Assembly (NCBI RefSeq): GCF_035594765.1
Contig: NW_026943818.1
Location: 30,563,559-30,627,558, forward strand
Source of the DNA: Anolis carolinensis
Taxonomy: Eukaryota
Direction of reading: 5' to 3'
Length of the DNA: 64,000 nt
The position numbers were made by a program, and so were the translations under genes. Positions 12,301-26,723 of the stretch are shown in pieces; the first letter of the stretch is position 1, and every line of letters starts with the position of its first letter. The notes under the pieces are model-generated. The model worked only from the letters and a program-made list of their open reading frames with translations. It made no database searches and was not told the DNA's origin.

Positions 12301-14986
12301 TTTATACTTCCTTCTTTGCTTCTACACTGGGCTTCTTTTATTATGCGGATAGACAGCTTCGCTCTCACAGAGCCTCCTCTCACATTGAAGTCTACTAAGC
12401 TACAGGCACACCTAGTTAATTTTTAATATTCCTGACCATGGGCATAGTATCCTAGGCTTGGGAGGGACCCCCGAAGGCCATCCAGACGAGCCCCGTCCTG
12501 AACTGGGAGCCGTTTGCCACTCACCCCATCCGCCCGTAGGCTTTGCTGTACTTGGGGTCGATGTGGATGGCCCTCTCGCAGTCCCGCACGGCCCCGGCGT
12601 AGTTCCCCAGCTTGCTGTACGCGGCGGCCCTGCAAGACCGGAAGGAATCATAATAATAATTGTAACAAAGTGTGTTTTTTTTAGTTTACAGATGCCATGT
12701 TTAATTGTGTTTTAAAAGGGTTAATATTTCAGTTACTCTGCACTCATGAGTGGTTGCCATGGAGAAGGGGGCGGAGCCAAGGGTCATTTTGTGTAAAGAA
12801 AAGCAGTTTTGAAAAAGAAGCGGTTAGTATGTGGTTAGTATGTGCCCGAGGAGGTGCAGAGAAGGCTGATCCTCAGAGGAGGGGGTGGCTCAAATGTTTG
12901 ATTTTGAGTCAATTTTAAAATAAGTTTGGTGACTTATTTTAAGGTAGTCTGTGTCCAGATAAGGAACAGATAGTCTGTGATTGTAATTCACAGGGTGGCT
13001 GCAGGTTAAAGCAGTGGAGAAAGAAGTGGTATTTTAAGGTTATTGCAACTGTTAATCTAAGTGCCTCAAACAAGAAGAGAAGTTATTGTAACCATTAAGC
13101 TTGTGCCTCAATAAATGTGTTATTGAAACATCTCAGTCTCTGTCATATATACACGCATTCATCAAGAATAAACAACAAGAAGAAAGAAGAAACATAAAAA
13201 TTTTAAAAGTCTCCTCTCTAAGTAGCCAGTGGCTAAATCTTCCAATAGTGGACCCATGACGCTCCCCAGTGCCCCCCGGACCTGTTGCAGTAGTAGACGG
13301 CGTTGGCGGGGTTGAGCTCGATGGCCTTGGCGTAGAAGGAGACGGCGCTCTCAAAGTTCTCCGCCTTCATCTGCTCGTTCCCTGGAAGAGACGCAGGCCG
13401 TGGTGGGACCCCCTTTTCCCCCGCTTCGCCCTCACGGAGCCTCCTCCCGCTCCGAAACGGCACTGGGCCTCCACCCAAGGGCCCCCTCTCTCCTCCCTTC
13501 CTTTGTTTACCTTCCGCTTTCAGCCTCTCGGCTTCGGCCGCGTCTTCTTCCGAGGGGGTCACCGGCTCCGGGGTCGGCGTGTCCCGCTGAGGCTCCTGCC
13601 ACGTTTTGGGAGAGACGAGACGTGGTGTGATATGTGTCAAAACAATGGGGTGGCCTTGTAACTTATAGTTTTCTCCTTCACGCTCACACCCTCACTGGAC
13701 TAATTGCCTCAGGGACAAGCTATGAAAAGTCAACCAATACATTGCAGAGTCTTTATCACTGTGTTTGCAGAGTTTTACTGCACAAGTACTGCTTGGGCCA
13801 ACTTCAGACCTCCCTCCCTCCCTCCCTCCCTCTGGGTGTTCTGGACTTTCAACCCCCACAATTCCTAACAGCCAGCATTATATTTTTATTAATATTAATT
13901 ATTTTATAGTATTGTCATATTATTTTTAATTTATTATTATTATTTACTATATTTCATAATAATATTATTTTATTTGTCGTGACCACATGTCCATTAGAAC
14001 TGTATTTCCCAACTGGTTTTATTATTATATTATTTTCATAATATATTATTTTGCGTGTCCACACGTCCATTAGAACTGTATTTCCCAACCAGTCGTATTC
14101 TTATATTATTTTCATAATGAAATTATATTACTTTGCATAACCACACGTTCATTAGAACTGTATTTCCCAACTGGTTTTATTATTACATTATGTTCATAGT
14201 AATATTATATTATTTTGCGTGACCACACGTCCGTTAGAACTGTATTTTCCAAACAGTTTTATTACATTATGTTCATAATAATATTACATTCTGTTCATAA
14301 TGATATTATATTATTAGTCGTGACCACATGTCCATTAGAACTGTATTTCCCAACAGGTTTTATTATTACATTATGGTCATAGTAATATTATATTATTTTG
14401 CGTGACCACACGTCCATTAGAACTGTATTTCCCAACCGGTTTTATTATGATATTGTTTTCATGATAATACGATATTACTTTGCGCGACCACACGTCCATC
14501 AGGACTGTATTTCCAAAGGCGTTTTGGGGGTTACCTTGGCGGCGGCGGCCTCGAAGATCTCGGGGAGGGTCTGGGAGAGGGCCAGGCCCCGGTCCTCCAT
14601 GGAGACCCCAAAGGCCGTCTCAAGGCACTGGATGGCCACTACGGGAGGGAGAAAGCAAGGAAAGGAAGGGTTTGATTGATCTTGAATGGTCTGCTTTGAC
14701 GTTTTATTGCATACGGCATCGGACTGGGTGGCTGAGAGTCTCCGGGGCTGCCGGGCCACGGTCGGGTAGCACTCTCTCCTGACGTCCCCCCCCCCCCCCA
14801 CGCCCATGGCAGGTCCGCTGGGAAATCCAAGCAAGGGGAGGTTGATATATCTGTGGGAGGAGGATGTGGTGTGAGCGGGGACGCACCTTCGAGGCTCTCC
14901 TGGGCGTCCGGCGAGAGACCCCCTCCCTGGAGCTGGTCCTGCAGGAACCGGACGATGGCAAAGGCCAGGCGCTTGTTGTCCCCCAT
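9365..14986 (-). CDS. SGTA: Small glutamine-rich TPR co-chaperone alpha, 10 coding exons, 324 aa
   Basis: Exons 14986-14887, 14638-14535, 13595-13511, 13381-13282, 12629-12525, 11285-11147, 11030-10968, 9964-9927, 9710-9585, 9479-9365. All GT-AG with consistent phases. Dimerisation domain [15 protein letters not shown]...[10 protein letters not shown], three TPRs, and Q-rich end [15 protein letters not shown]. Non-coding exon 1 donor at 16633. Confidence 0.96.
10147..10860 (-). mobile_element. R4/Dong-clade non-LTR retrotransposon 3' fragments in (TAA)n
   Basis: [38 protein letters not shown] (PD...D restriction-like endonuclease), plus repeated 3' tails separated by TAA tracts. Confidence 0.8.
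11320..12385. repeat. Minisatellite in SGTA intron (units ~150-180 bp with CA/TG/TA microsatellites)
   Basis: The motif 'atgcggatatacagcttcgctctcacagagccttctctc' recurs about 7 times. Confidence 0.85.
12661..13245. mobile_element. Possible solo LTR
   Basis: Unique ~580-bp block starting TGTAAC, with AATAAA at ~13110. No clear TSD. Confidence 0.3.
13975..14515. repeat. Minisatellite 'gaccacacgtccattagaactgtatttccca'
   Basis: About 7 copies directly visible. Confidence 0.85.
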
Positions 14987-15059
14987 CGCTCTCCGTCCCC
15001 TGCGCCAAAGGGGCAAAGGTCATAATCATAATAGTAGTCATAATAATAATAGATGGATA

Positions 15060-15199
15060 GATAGATAGCCACTTTGAGTCCCCTTTGGGAGAGAGAAAGT
15101 GGGGTGTAAATAAATAATAATAATATAATAATATATTATAATAATAGATACATGGCTGCTTTGAGTCCCCTTTCGGAGAGATAAAGTGGGGTGTAAATA

Positions 15200-15251
<52 letters not shown>

Positions 15252-15317
15252 TATTATAATAATAGATACATGGCTGCTTTGAGTCCCCTTTCGGAGAGAT
15301 AAAGTGGGGTGTAAATA

Positions 15318-15357
<40 letters not shown>

Positions 15358-16165
15358 TATTATAATAATAGATACATGGCTGCTTTGAGTCCCCTTTCGG
15401 AGAGATAAAGTGGGGTGTAAATAAATAATAATAATAATAATAATAATAATATTATAATAATAGATAGATAGCTACTTTGAGTCCCCTTTGGGAGAGATAA
15501 AGTGGGGTGTAAATAATAATAATAATAATAATAATAATAGATAAATAGCCACTTTGAGTCCTCTTTGGGAGAGATAAAGTGGCGTGTAAATAAATAATAA
15601 TAATAATAATAATAATATAATAATAATAATAGATAAATAGATAGCCACTTTGAGTCCCCTTTGGGAGAGATAAAGTGGGGTGTAAATAATAATAATAATA
15701 ATAGATAAATAGATAGCCACTTTGAGTCCCCTTTGGGAGAGATAAAGTGGGGTGTAAATAAATAATAATAATAATAGATAAATAGATAGCCACTTTGAGT
15801 CCCCTTTGGGAGAGATAAAGTGGCGTGTAAATAAATAATAATAATAATAGATAAATAGATAGCCACTTTGAGTCCCCTTTGGGAGAGATAAAGTGGCGTG
15901 TAAATAAATAATAATAATAATAGATAAATAGATAGCCACTTTGAGTCCCCTTTGGGAGAGATAAAGTGGCGTGTAAATAAATAATAATAATAATAATATA
16001 ATAATAAAAATAGATAAATAGATAGCCACTTTGGGTCCCCTTTAGGAGAGATAAAGTGGGGTGTAAATTAATAATAATAATATAATATAATAATAATAGT
16101 AATAGTAATAGATACATGGCTGCTTTGAGTCTCCTTCGGGAGAGATAAAGCGGGGCGTAAATAAA
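15060..16165. repeat. Tandem array of a LINE-tail-like unit plus (TAA)n
   Basis: 'gccactttgagtcccctttgggagagataaagtggggtgtaaataaat' repeated more than 12 times. Similar single copies occur elsewhere, e.g. 4975 and 54195. Confidence 0.8.
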
Positions 16166-16633
16166 CATAATAATAAACATAATATAATAATATGTATTAT
16201 AACATAATATAATATATGTGTTGTCGAACGAAGGCTTTCGTGCCCGGAATCCCTGGGTTTGCTGTGAGTTTTCCCGGGCTGCGTGGCTATGTCCCGGAAG
16301 CACTCTCTCCTGACATTTCGCCCACATCTAAGGCAAACAGGCTGAGGACAGAAAGAAATAATAATTATTATTAATATTATTCTATAATTCTAAAGAACTC
16401 TCGTCTGCTGGAGGGAATCACACTGATTAGCGTTGAATGGCCTTGCAGCTTCAAGGCCTGACTGCTTCCTGCCCGAGGGGGTGCTCGACTCGGAGGTGGG
16501 CGAAACGTCAGGAGAGAGTGCTTCTGGGATCTGGCCCCATCCCAGCCCGAAAGACTCCATAGAACCGCTTTGAGAAAGCAGGGCACACGTTTATTAAGAA
16601 AGAAAGAAAGAAAGAAAGAAAGAACAAGCTCAC

Positions 16634-17191
16634 CAGTGGCAGCAGCAGCAGCAGGCAGGCCTCCTCCTCCTCCGCTCCTTCACCGAGTGCGCATGCGCGG
16701 CCCAGGCCCCCTTGTCTCGTCTCGCTTCCACTGCGCCTGCGCAGGAGGAGGAGGCGGAGGAGGAGGAAGCGGGGCTCGCTTCTGCGCCTGCGCGCTACAC
16801 TCTTGGTACCTTCCAATCAGCGGCCAACGAGTGGAGAGCTTTTCCCTCTCTCTCTTTCTCTAAGAGCGCGCGTGCGCAGTCCTGCTCAGAGGGCTTTCTA
16901 AAGGGCGCATGCGCAGTTCGTTTCTCTCTGTATCTATAGATCTCAGGGTGGCGTTTTGCCCGCACTTCCGGCTCCCATCGCCGACAAGTCAGAAAGGGGC
17001 GGGGTTTGTCCACACGCCACGCCCTCTAGGAGAGTGGCGTTCTTCTCAACACTTTCGGCTCCCGTAAGGGGCGGGGTTTGTCCACACGCCACGCCTCCTG
17101 GTGGGCGGTTCCTTAAGGAGGCGGGGCCAGAGGATTGGCAGCAGAAGCACCGGAAGCAGCGGAAGAAGCAGCAGCAGCAGCAGCAGCACAC
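16634..17191. promoter_or_regulatory. Bidirectional CpG-island promoter of SGTA and THOP1
   Basis: NRF1 palindromes GCGCATGCGC at 16689 and 16905; CCAAT; ETS ACTTCCGG at ~16963; duplicated GC-box block at ~16994 and ~17066; genes are head-to-head. Confidence 0.85.
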
Positions 17192-17672
17192 ATGGCTCCC
17201 CCGACCGGTGAGCAAGGGCGAGACCTATTATTAGTATTAATATTAATGTTATTGTTATAATCAAGCATAGGGCTTGGCGAGCATTGGACAGCCTTGCAGT
17301 TTCAAAGCCTGGCTGCTTCCTGCCTGGGGGGGGGGGGGGTCCCATTATTACTATTATTATTATTATTGTTATTATCCTGATGATGGAGAAAAGCATGGGG
17401 ACCCATTATTATTATTATAGTTATTAGTATTNNNNNNNNNNNNNNNNNNNNNNNNNNNNNNNNNNNNNNNNNNNNNNNNNNNNNNNNNNNNNNNNNNNNN
17501 NNNNNNNNNNNNNNNNNNNNNNNNNNNNNNNNNNNNNNNNNNNNNNNNNNNNNNNNNNNNNNNNNNNNNNNNNNNNNNNNNNNNNNNNNNNNNNNNNNNN
17601 NNNNNNNNNNNNNNNNNNNNNNNNNNNNNNNNNNAGCTATTGTTATTAATATTATTGTCTTCACCATCAATG

Positions 17673-17709
<37 letters not shown>

Positions 17710-18126
17710 TTTAATCTAGTTTTTAAATGTAGTGTTCATGCGGCCCGCTCTTGTTATATTGCTGTTTTGATCTTATGTTGTACTGTTTATTTTATGTAAT
17801 GTATTATTTAATTGTATTATGTTATGGTTTATTGTATTGTCTTGGGCATGGCCCCATGTAAGCCGCCCCGAGTCCCCATTGGGGAGATGGNNNNNNNNNN
17901 NNNNNNNNNNNNNNNNNNNNNNNNNNNNNNNNNNNNNNNNNNNNNNNNNNNNNNNNNNNNNNNNNNNNNNNNNNNNNNNNNNNNNNNNNNNNNNNNNNNN
18001 NNNNNNNNNNNNNNNNNNNNNNNTATTATTATTATTGTCCTCGCCATCAATGATTTATTATTATTATTATGGCATTATACTTATTACCAGCTATTGTTGT
18101 TGTTATTATTGTCCTCACCACCAAGC

Positions 18127-18169
<43 letters not shown>

Positions 18170-19829
18170 GGGTTGCTGGGAGTTTTCCATGAATCAGGTA
18201 GCACTCTTTCCTGACATTTCGCCTGCTTCTGTGGCTGGCATCCTCAGAGGTCTGGGAGTTCTGTGGGAAACTAGGCATTTAGTGGGGTTTATATCTATCT
18301 ATCTATCTATCTCAATATCTTCCAGATCCAGCGCGAGAGGGCCCTCCGCCGGCCCCGTCCCCCTCGTCCCCACCCCCGGGGCCCCCGTGTCTGCGCTGGG
18401 ACCTGACGCCGGAGGAGATCCGTGCGGGGACGGAGGAGCTGATTGGGCGCACCAAGAGGGCCTACGACGCGGTGGCCGCCCTGGGGCGCGAGGAGGTCTC
18501 CACCCAGAACACCCTCCTGGCCCTGGCCCACACCGAGGCTCAGTACACCGGTGGGTGGGACACGCAGCATCCGCATTATAATATTATTCTTCTTATTATT
18601 TTTATTATTATATTAGGATATTATTATCTATATATATATAAAAGGATAATGGTGTCGCTCCACCGGGCAAAACAACAAAACTAAACGCCCCCCAACCTAG
18701 AAAATTGACAACACAACCCCTCATCCACGTCTCTACGTTCTTATGCTCAACAAAGGATCCCCCCCCCCCCCCCAAACAGGGAAACACCCACTCTTTGAAG
18801 GTCCAAACCCATTCGGTATTCATCAGTCTTTCATCTCAAAACACAAAATAAGGAGCAACCCTCTGAAAACAAAGGAATTCCATCCAGGAAACAATCAGGG
18901 CCACCTAACACCTCCCAACAAAGGATCCCCCCCCCAAAACCACTGGAAAAAAAGCCACAGCAATGCGTGGCCGGGCACATTATTTTATATTATTATGTAG
19001 TATATTATACACATTATATATTATACATATTATATTATTATATTACAGTATATTATTATTGTATTATATTATTATATATTTATTATATTTATTATAATAT
19101 ATTTATAATATAGTATAAATATAATATATATATTTATATTATAATATAAATATATTATAAATATTTTATATTACTATATAACATATATTACTATATAACA
19201 TATATTATATCATATTACTATATTATTATTATTGTATTANNNNNNNNNNNNNNNNNNNNNNNNNNNNNNNNNNNNNNNNNNNNNNNNNNNNNNNNNNNNN
19301 NNNNNNNNNNNNNNNNNNNNNNNNNNNNNNNNNNNNNNNNNNNNNNNNNNNNNNNNNNNNNNNNNNNNTTATTATATTATGGCATTATACTGTATAACAT
19401 ATATTATATTATTCTTATTATTATATTACATTACAGTATTACATTATTATTATATATAACATTTATTATATCATTATACATATTAAAGGTAAAGGCTTTC
19501 CCCTGACATTAAGTCCGGTCATGTCTGATTCTGGTTGGCTGCTGCTCATCTCCATTTCTAAGCCGAAGAGCCGGCGTTGTCCGTAGACACCTCCAAGGTC
19601 ATGCGGCCATTGGCATGACTGCATGGAACGCTGTTACATATATATATACATATTATATTATTATATATATAACATATTTATTATATTATTATTATAGTAT
19701 TATATATTATATTATTATTATTATATATTATTATGGAGCATTATTTTAATGAGTGTGATGATTGTGCCCCAATGTTGTTGTTGTTGTTGTTGTTGTTGTT
19801 GTATGAAACAGCAAACAAGATAGATATTA

Positions 19830-19864
<35 letters not shown>

Positions 19865-22800
19865 ATTATGATATTATTATTGTTCTGCCCCAGCGCAGCG
19901 CAGCCAGCTGGACTTCCCGCAGCACGTCTCCCCGTGCCAGGCGGTGCGCGCGGCCAGCACGGAGGCGGACAAGGCGCTCTCGGCCTTCGACGTGGAGACC
20001 ACCATGCGGGCGGACATCTACCAGCGCCTCCTCTGGCTCCAGGTACGGCTGAGGGCGAGGGTTGGGCCACGGCGGGGAGACCACACTGGGCTCTCGTGAC
20101 GATTGTGCCCCCCTTGCTTTCAGGAGAAGCTGCTCACGGGTGAAGGTGGCTCCCCACTCAAGCCGGAGGCCGAGCGCTACCTGGAGCGGCTGATCACGCT
20201 GGGCCGGCGGAGCGGACTGCACCTCCCGCAGGAGACTCAGCAGGTGGGTGGGCCGCATGGCCTCGGGGGTCCCTCCCCGGCCTGGGGCGGGATATCCGCC
20301 TCCCCTGCTCGTTAAACAGGGCTGCGTTGGCCTCCTTCCAAGGCGCCCCGCCCTCCAAAACGGCCCCGAGGGGAACGCCAGGCGGTCTGGCCGGTTCCTC
20401 CCGCCCTGCGCCGCTTTTAATGAGGCGGAAGGGCTCCGGTCCAGGCTGCGCATCCAGTGCGGTTTCTGCTGAACGGAGGAGGAAGGGCCAAAGGGGGAAG
20501 GAGCACACGGGAATTAATCATAATAATATTATAATAATAAAATAATAATAATAATAAAAGCTGTTGTCCGCTTTTGGTCTAAAACTATTTAGCTGCTTGT
20601 GATTTCCTTTATTTCATCACTTTTAAACCCATTTATTACGCAATGCTTTTGACATGAAAATAATAATAATAATATAAGTACTGTACCAAACAAAATGAAA
20701 AGGAGCAACAGCTCTAACACAAAAGTTATCCAAGCCTGATATTGCTTCCAATGTAGGCTGTTGGATAAGTGAGACTCTACTGTATAATGATAATATAAGG
20801 ATATAATGATAATAAAAAATAATAATATAAATATAATGATAATATAATAATATAAGGATATAATAAGGATAATATAATATAAGGATATAAGGATAATATA
20901 AAATAATAATATAAATATAATGATAATATAATAATATAAGGATATAATAAGGATAATATAATATAAGGATATAAGGATAATATAAAATAATAATATAAAT
21001 ATAATGATAATATCTTCTATGTATATAAAAGAGTGATGGCATCACGGCAGCGGACAAAACAACAAAAGTAAACACCCTACAACCTCAAAAATTGACATCA
21101 CAACTCCTCATCCATGCCTCTAGGTTGATACAACAAAAAGAAAAGAAGTCCTAATAAAGTCCTAATTAGAAGGAGAGGAATAATTGTTTTTATCCAATTG
21201 CTGCGAGTTCGAAGGCTAAGCTCCGCCCACTGGGTCTCCTAGCAACCCACTCAGCCCAGGGGACAGGCAGAGTTAGGCCTCACTTAGGCCTTTTCCACAC
21301 TGCCTATAAAATATAGATTATCAGATTTTAACTGGATTACAGTATATGGCAGTGTAGACTCAAGGCCCTTCCACACAGCTATATAACCCATTTATAATGG
21401 ACTTAATGTAAGGTAAAACCTTTACCCTTTACCTTAACTACCACCAGTTCCTCAATACTTTATTTCCCAGACCACCAGACTTCGCCACAGCAACGCGTGG
21501 CCGGGCACAGCTAGTCTATATATATAAAAGGGTAATGGCGTTTCGGCCCAGGACAAAACAACAAAACGACACATCCCAGAAACACTAAACTTGGCAGCAC
21601 AACCCCTCCTCCATGCCTCTACGTTCATACAACAAACAGCTCCAGCTACTCCAGAAAACAGCCAGGCTTTGGGACTGCAAGGCTATTCACTGCTATTCCA
21701 CCTGGCCAACAAAGGGTTCCCATAAGCCACAGCAACGCATGGCCAGGCAAAGCTAGTATTATAATATAAGGATGATACAAAGTAATAATATAAAAATAGT
21801 ATAGTTTAAGCATAATGTTAAGTAATAATAATATAAATATAACATATTGATAATATAATAATATAAGGGTATAATAAGGATAATCCTATCATTCTATTGT
21901 TACATCTTTATATTATTCTGTTTTCCGTCTTCCAGCGAATCAAGGCGATCAAGAAGCGCCTGAGCGAGCTCTGCATCGACTTCAACCAGAACCTCAACGA
22001 GGACACGACCTTCCTGCCCTTCACGCGGGAAGAACTGGGTACGGCCGTGGGGCTGATCCCGCCCGCCCGGCAGAAGGCACCTTGCCCCTCTCCTCGCTCA
22101 CAGGAGGGCCCTGAGTGACAGTCGGAGAAGAGGAGGAGGGAGCGGGATTTGCATAAAAGGGGGTGTATCCCGTGTGAAGATTAAGAGGAGAGGAGGAGGA
22201 GGATTTGCATAAAAGGGGGCATGTCTCTGACTAGTGTCAGTAGGGATGTATTTGCATAAAGTGGGCATGTCTCTGACTAGTGTCAGGGAGATGAGATTTG
22301 CCTAAAAGTGGGCGTGTCTCTAGTGTCAGGGGGGATGTATTTGCATAAAAGTGTGCGTGTCTCTGACTAGTGACAGTGGGGATGTATTTGCATAAAAGTG
22401 GGCGTGTCTCTGACTAGTGTCAGTGGGGGTGTATTTGCATAAAAGAGGGCATGTCTCTAGTGTCAGTGGGGGATGTATTTGCATAAAAGTGGGTGTGTCT
22501 CTGACTAGTGTCAGTAGGGATGTATTTGCATAAAGTGGGTGTGTCTCTGACTAGTGTCAGGGAGATGAGATTTGCCTAAAAGTGGGCGTGTCTCTGACTA
22601 GTGTCAGTCAGGATGTATTTGCACAAAAGTGGGCATGTCTCTGACTAGTGTCAGGGAGATGAGATTTGCATAAAAGTGGGCGTGTCTGACTAGTCAGTGG
22701 GGATGTATTTGCACAAAAGTGGGCGTGTCCCTGGGAAGTGTCCGTGGAGATACATTTGCATAAATGGGGCGTGTCCTGGGAAGTGTCAGTGGGGATATAT

Positions 22801-25800
22801 TTGCATGAAAGGGGGCGTGTCCCTCCCTGGTGACCCTTCCACGCTTATTTCCGGGCAGGGGGCCTTCCGGAGGACTTCCTGTCCTCGCTGGAGGCGGAGC
22901 CGGAGGGGCCGGAGGGGTCGGGGGGCCCCCGCCTGAAGGTGACCCTCAAGTACCCCCACTACTTCCCGCTCATGAAGAAGTGTCACGTGCCCGAGACGCG
23001 CCGGCGCATGGAGGAGCGCTTCAACTCCCGATGCAAGGAGGTCCGGAAGGGGGTCCGGGGTCGGGGTCGGGGTGGCCGGGTCGGGGTCAAGCGCTGACCG
23101 GTGTGTGGCCCCTCCGCTTGCAGGAGAACTCCGTGATCCTGAGGGAGGTGCTTGACCTGCGTGCGCAGAGGGCCAGCCTGCTGGGCTTCCCCACCCACGC
23201 CCACTTCGCCCTCGAGATGACCATGGCCAAGGACCCCGGCACCGTCCAGCACTTCCTGGGTGAGATATATGTACATAATATATATGGGTGAAAGATATAT
23301 ATATATATATATAAGTCTATCTTGTTGGCTGTGTCATACCATGTCGTTGTGTCAATAATAATAATAATATAAAAATAATATATGTTAGTAATATAATATA
23401 ATGTATGAATAGTATAAAATAATAATGCATAATAGCAATATGATACAATATACTAATGCTATAATACCATATAGTAATATAATATAATATACAAATTACA
23501 TAAAATCATACATAATAATGATATAATATGCAAATAATATAAAATAATAATGTATAATAGCAATATGATACAATATACTAATGCTATAATACCATATAGT
23601 AATATAATATAATATACAAATTACATAAAATCATACATAATAATGATATAATATGCAAATAATATAAAATAATAATGTATAATAGCAATATGATACAATA
23701 TACTAATGCTATAAAACAATATAGTAATATAATATAATATGCAAATTACATAAAATCATACATAATAATGATATAATATGCAAATAATATAAAATAATAA
23801 TGTATAATAGCAATATGATACAATATACTAATGCTATAAAACAATATAGTAATATAATATAATATGCAAATTACATAAAATCATACATAATAATGATATA
23901 ATATGCAAATAATATAAAATAATAATGTATAATAGCAATATGATACAATATACTAATGCTATAAAACAATATAGTAATATAATATAATATGCAAATTACA
24001 TAAAATCATACATAATAATGATATAATATGCAAATAATATAAAATAATAATGTATAATAGAAATATAATATATACTAATAATGTCAAATAATATAAAATA
24101 ATGTATAATAGCAATATAGTATAGTATTAGAATAATACATAATAGTACAGTAGAGTCTCACTTATCCAATGTTCTGGATTATCCAATGCATTTTTGTAGT
24201 CAATGTTTTCAATACATCTTGATATTTTGGTGCTAAATCCGTAAATACAGTAATTACTACATAACATTACTGCGTATTGAACTACTTTTTCTGTGAAATT
24301 TGTTGCATACCATGATGTTTTGGTGCTTAATTTGTAAAATCATAACCTAATTTGATGTTTAATAGGCTTCTCCTTAATCCCTCCTATTCTCCAAGATATT
24401 CGCTTATCCAACATTCTGCCGGCCCATTTAGCTTGGATAAGTGGGACTCTACTGTATACTATTTCATATTATTATATGATATTATTTTATATTATTATAT
24501 ATTATATAATAATACAAAATAATAATATCATATAATAATATGTAATATAATGTAATAATATATAACAGTAGTAATACTATAATATAGTAATAACCATATA
24601 ATAATATATCATTTATAATACTATATAATGATATTCTATGAATGTAATCTATATATATAAAAGAGTGATGGCATCATGGCGACCCACAAAACAACAAAAC
24701 TACAAGCCCCCCAACCTCGAAATTTGACAACACAACCCATCATTCATGGCTCTAGGTTGATACATCAAAAAGCAAAGCAAAATAAAGTCCTAATTAGAGG
24801 GAGAGAAATCATTGTTTTTATCCTATTGCTGCCACTTAGAAGGCTAAGCTCCGCCCATTGGTCTCCTAGCAACCCACTGAGCCCAGTGTTAATAAAAGAA
24901 TAAAAAATAAAATAAATACAAATAATACAATAAAAAATAATAAAAAACACTAAAAAATTAATACAATAAAATACTACAATAAAATAACTTAAAATAATAC
25001 AACAAAATAATAAAATATAAGAAATAAAAAAGATAAGTTACAATAAAATTAATTAAAAAAATACAAATAACGTCAAATAAAAATTACACAACAACTTTTA
25101 ACCAATACCACCACCACTTTGCCACAGCAACGCGTGGCCGGGCACAGCTAGTAAATAATATAAAATAGCAGTAATGCCATAATATAATAATAACCATATA
25201 ATAATATATCATTTATACTACTATATATTGATATTCTATGAATGTAATGATACTATAAAATAGTAATAATAATAGATTGTGGACGGCTGGGGTGGGGAGG
25301 GACCCCAAGGGCCCTGACGGTCTCCCCCCCCCTTCTGCTTGACCCCCAGACGACCTGGCCGAGCGCCTGGCCCCGTTGGGGGAGGCCGAGCGGGCGGAGC
25401 TTCTGGAGCTGAAGCGGGGGGAGTGCGAGGGGCGGGGCCTGCCCTTTGACGGACAGCTGCGGGCCTGGGACCTGCGCTTCTACATGAACCTGGTGGAGGA
25501 GCGTCGGTTCCGCGTGGACCGGGAGCGGCTGAAGGAGTTCTTCCCGCTGGAGGCCGTCACGCTCGGCCTGCTGGGCCTCTACCAGGACCTCCTCGGCCTG
25601 CGCTTCCGCCCGGAGGACCCCCCCCCGGCCCCCGCCCCCGCCCCCGCCTGGCACCCCGACGTCCGGCTCTACTCCGTGTCCGACGCGGCCTCCGGGGAGC
25701 CCGTGGGGCACTTCTACCTCGACCTCCACCCGCGGTGAGCACAGACTCCGCCTCCTCCCCTTGATGCAAATCCCTCATTGATAGGGACACGCCCCTTTAT

Positions 25801-26687
25801 GCAAACCCCTTACAGGAAAACACACCATTATATACGAATCCATCGTTATGCAAATCCCTCACTATATCGACGTATCTTGGGGACACTCCCTCTTTTATGC
25901 AAATTTAATTATAGGAACCCACCCCTTTTTATGCCAAGCCATTATTTATTTATTTACAGTATTTACAGTATTATAATATTATTATGTATTTACAGTATTA
26001 TTATATTATTTATTTACAGTATTTACAGTATCATCCTAGCATCACACCCCTTTTTATGGAAATTCCGGCTGTATTGATGCTTCTGAGGGCCACGCCCCCT
26101 TTTATGCCAATCCCTCTTGTATTCATGCACCCTAGGGACACGCCCCCTTTTATGCAAATCTCTTTCTGCCCTCTCCTCCAATGCCCTGGCTCTTCTCAGG
26201 GACACCGCCCCTTTTATGCAAATCCTTCCTGCCCTGTTTTGTGCAGATCTCTCTTGTATTGACCTTCCTTTGGGACACGCCCCCTTTTATGCAAATCCTT
26301 CGTGGTGTTGATGCCCCTCTGTGGCCCGCCCCCTTTTATGCAAATCCGCCTGTTGCTGCTGCTCTCCTCCTTCCAGGGAGGGCAAGTACGGCCACGCGGC
26401 CTGCTTCGGCCTCCAGCCGGGATGCCTCCTTCCGGACGGTCAGCGCCAGCCGGCCGTGGCGGCCATGGTGGCCAACTTCTCCAAGCCCACGGCCGGGACC
26501 CCCGCCCTCCTCCAGCACGACGAGGTCGAGACCTTCTTCCACGAGTTCGGACACGTCATGCACCAGCTCTGCTCTCAGGTGGGGCGTTGGATGGGCCTCT
26601 GCCGGGAGGGGTCGGGTGGGGACATTATTATCTCAAAGCAGATAATTTATAAGTAATTAATAATATTTATTGTTGTCGTGGTTGTTC

Positions 26688-26723
<36 letters not shown>

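Noticed and set aside
15060-16165. CRISPR-like repeat-spacer appearance (also at 30100-31500 and 49300-50500)
   Set aside because: The spacers are TAA microsatellites, the DNA is eukaryotic, and there are no cas genes.
17432-19368. Missing THOP1 exons in the N-gaps
   Set aside because: The flanking exons join in phase and give a complete protein.
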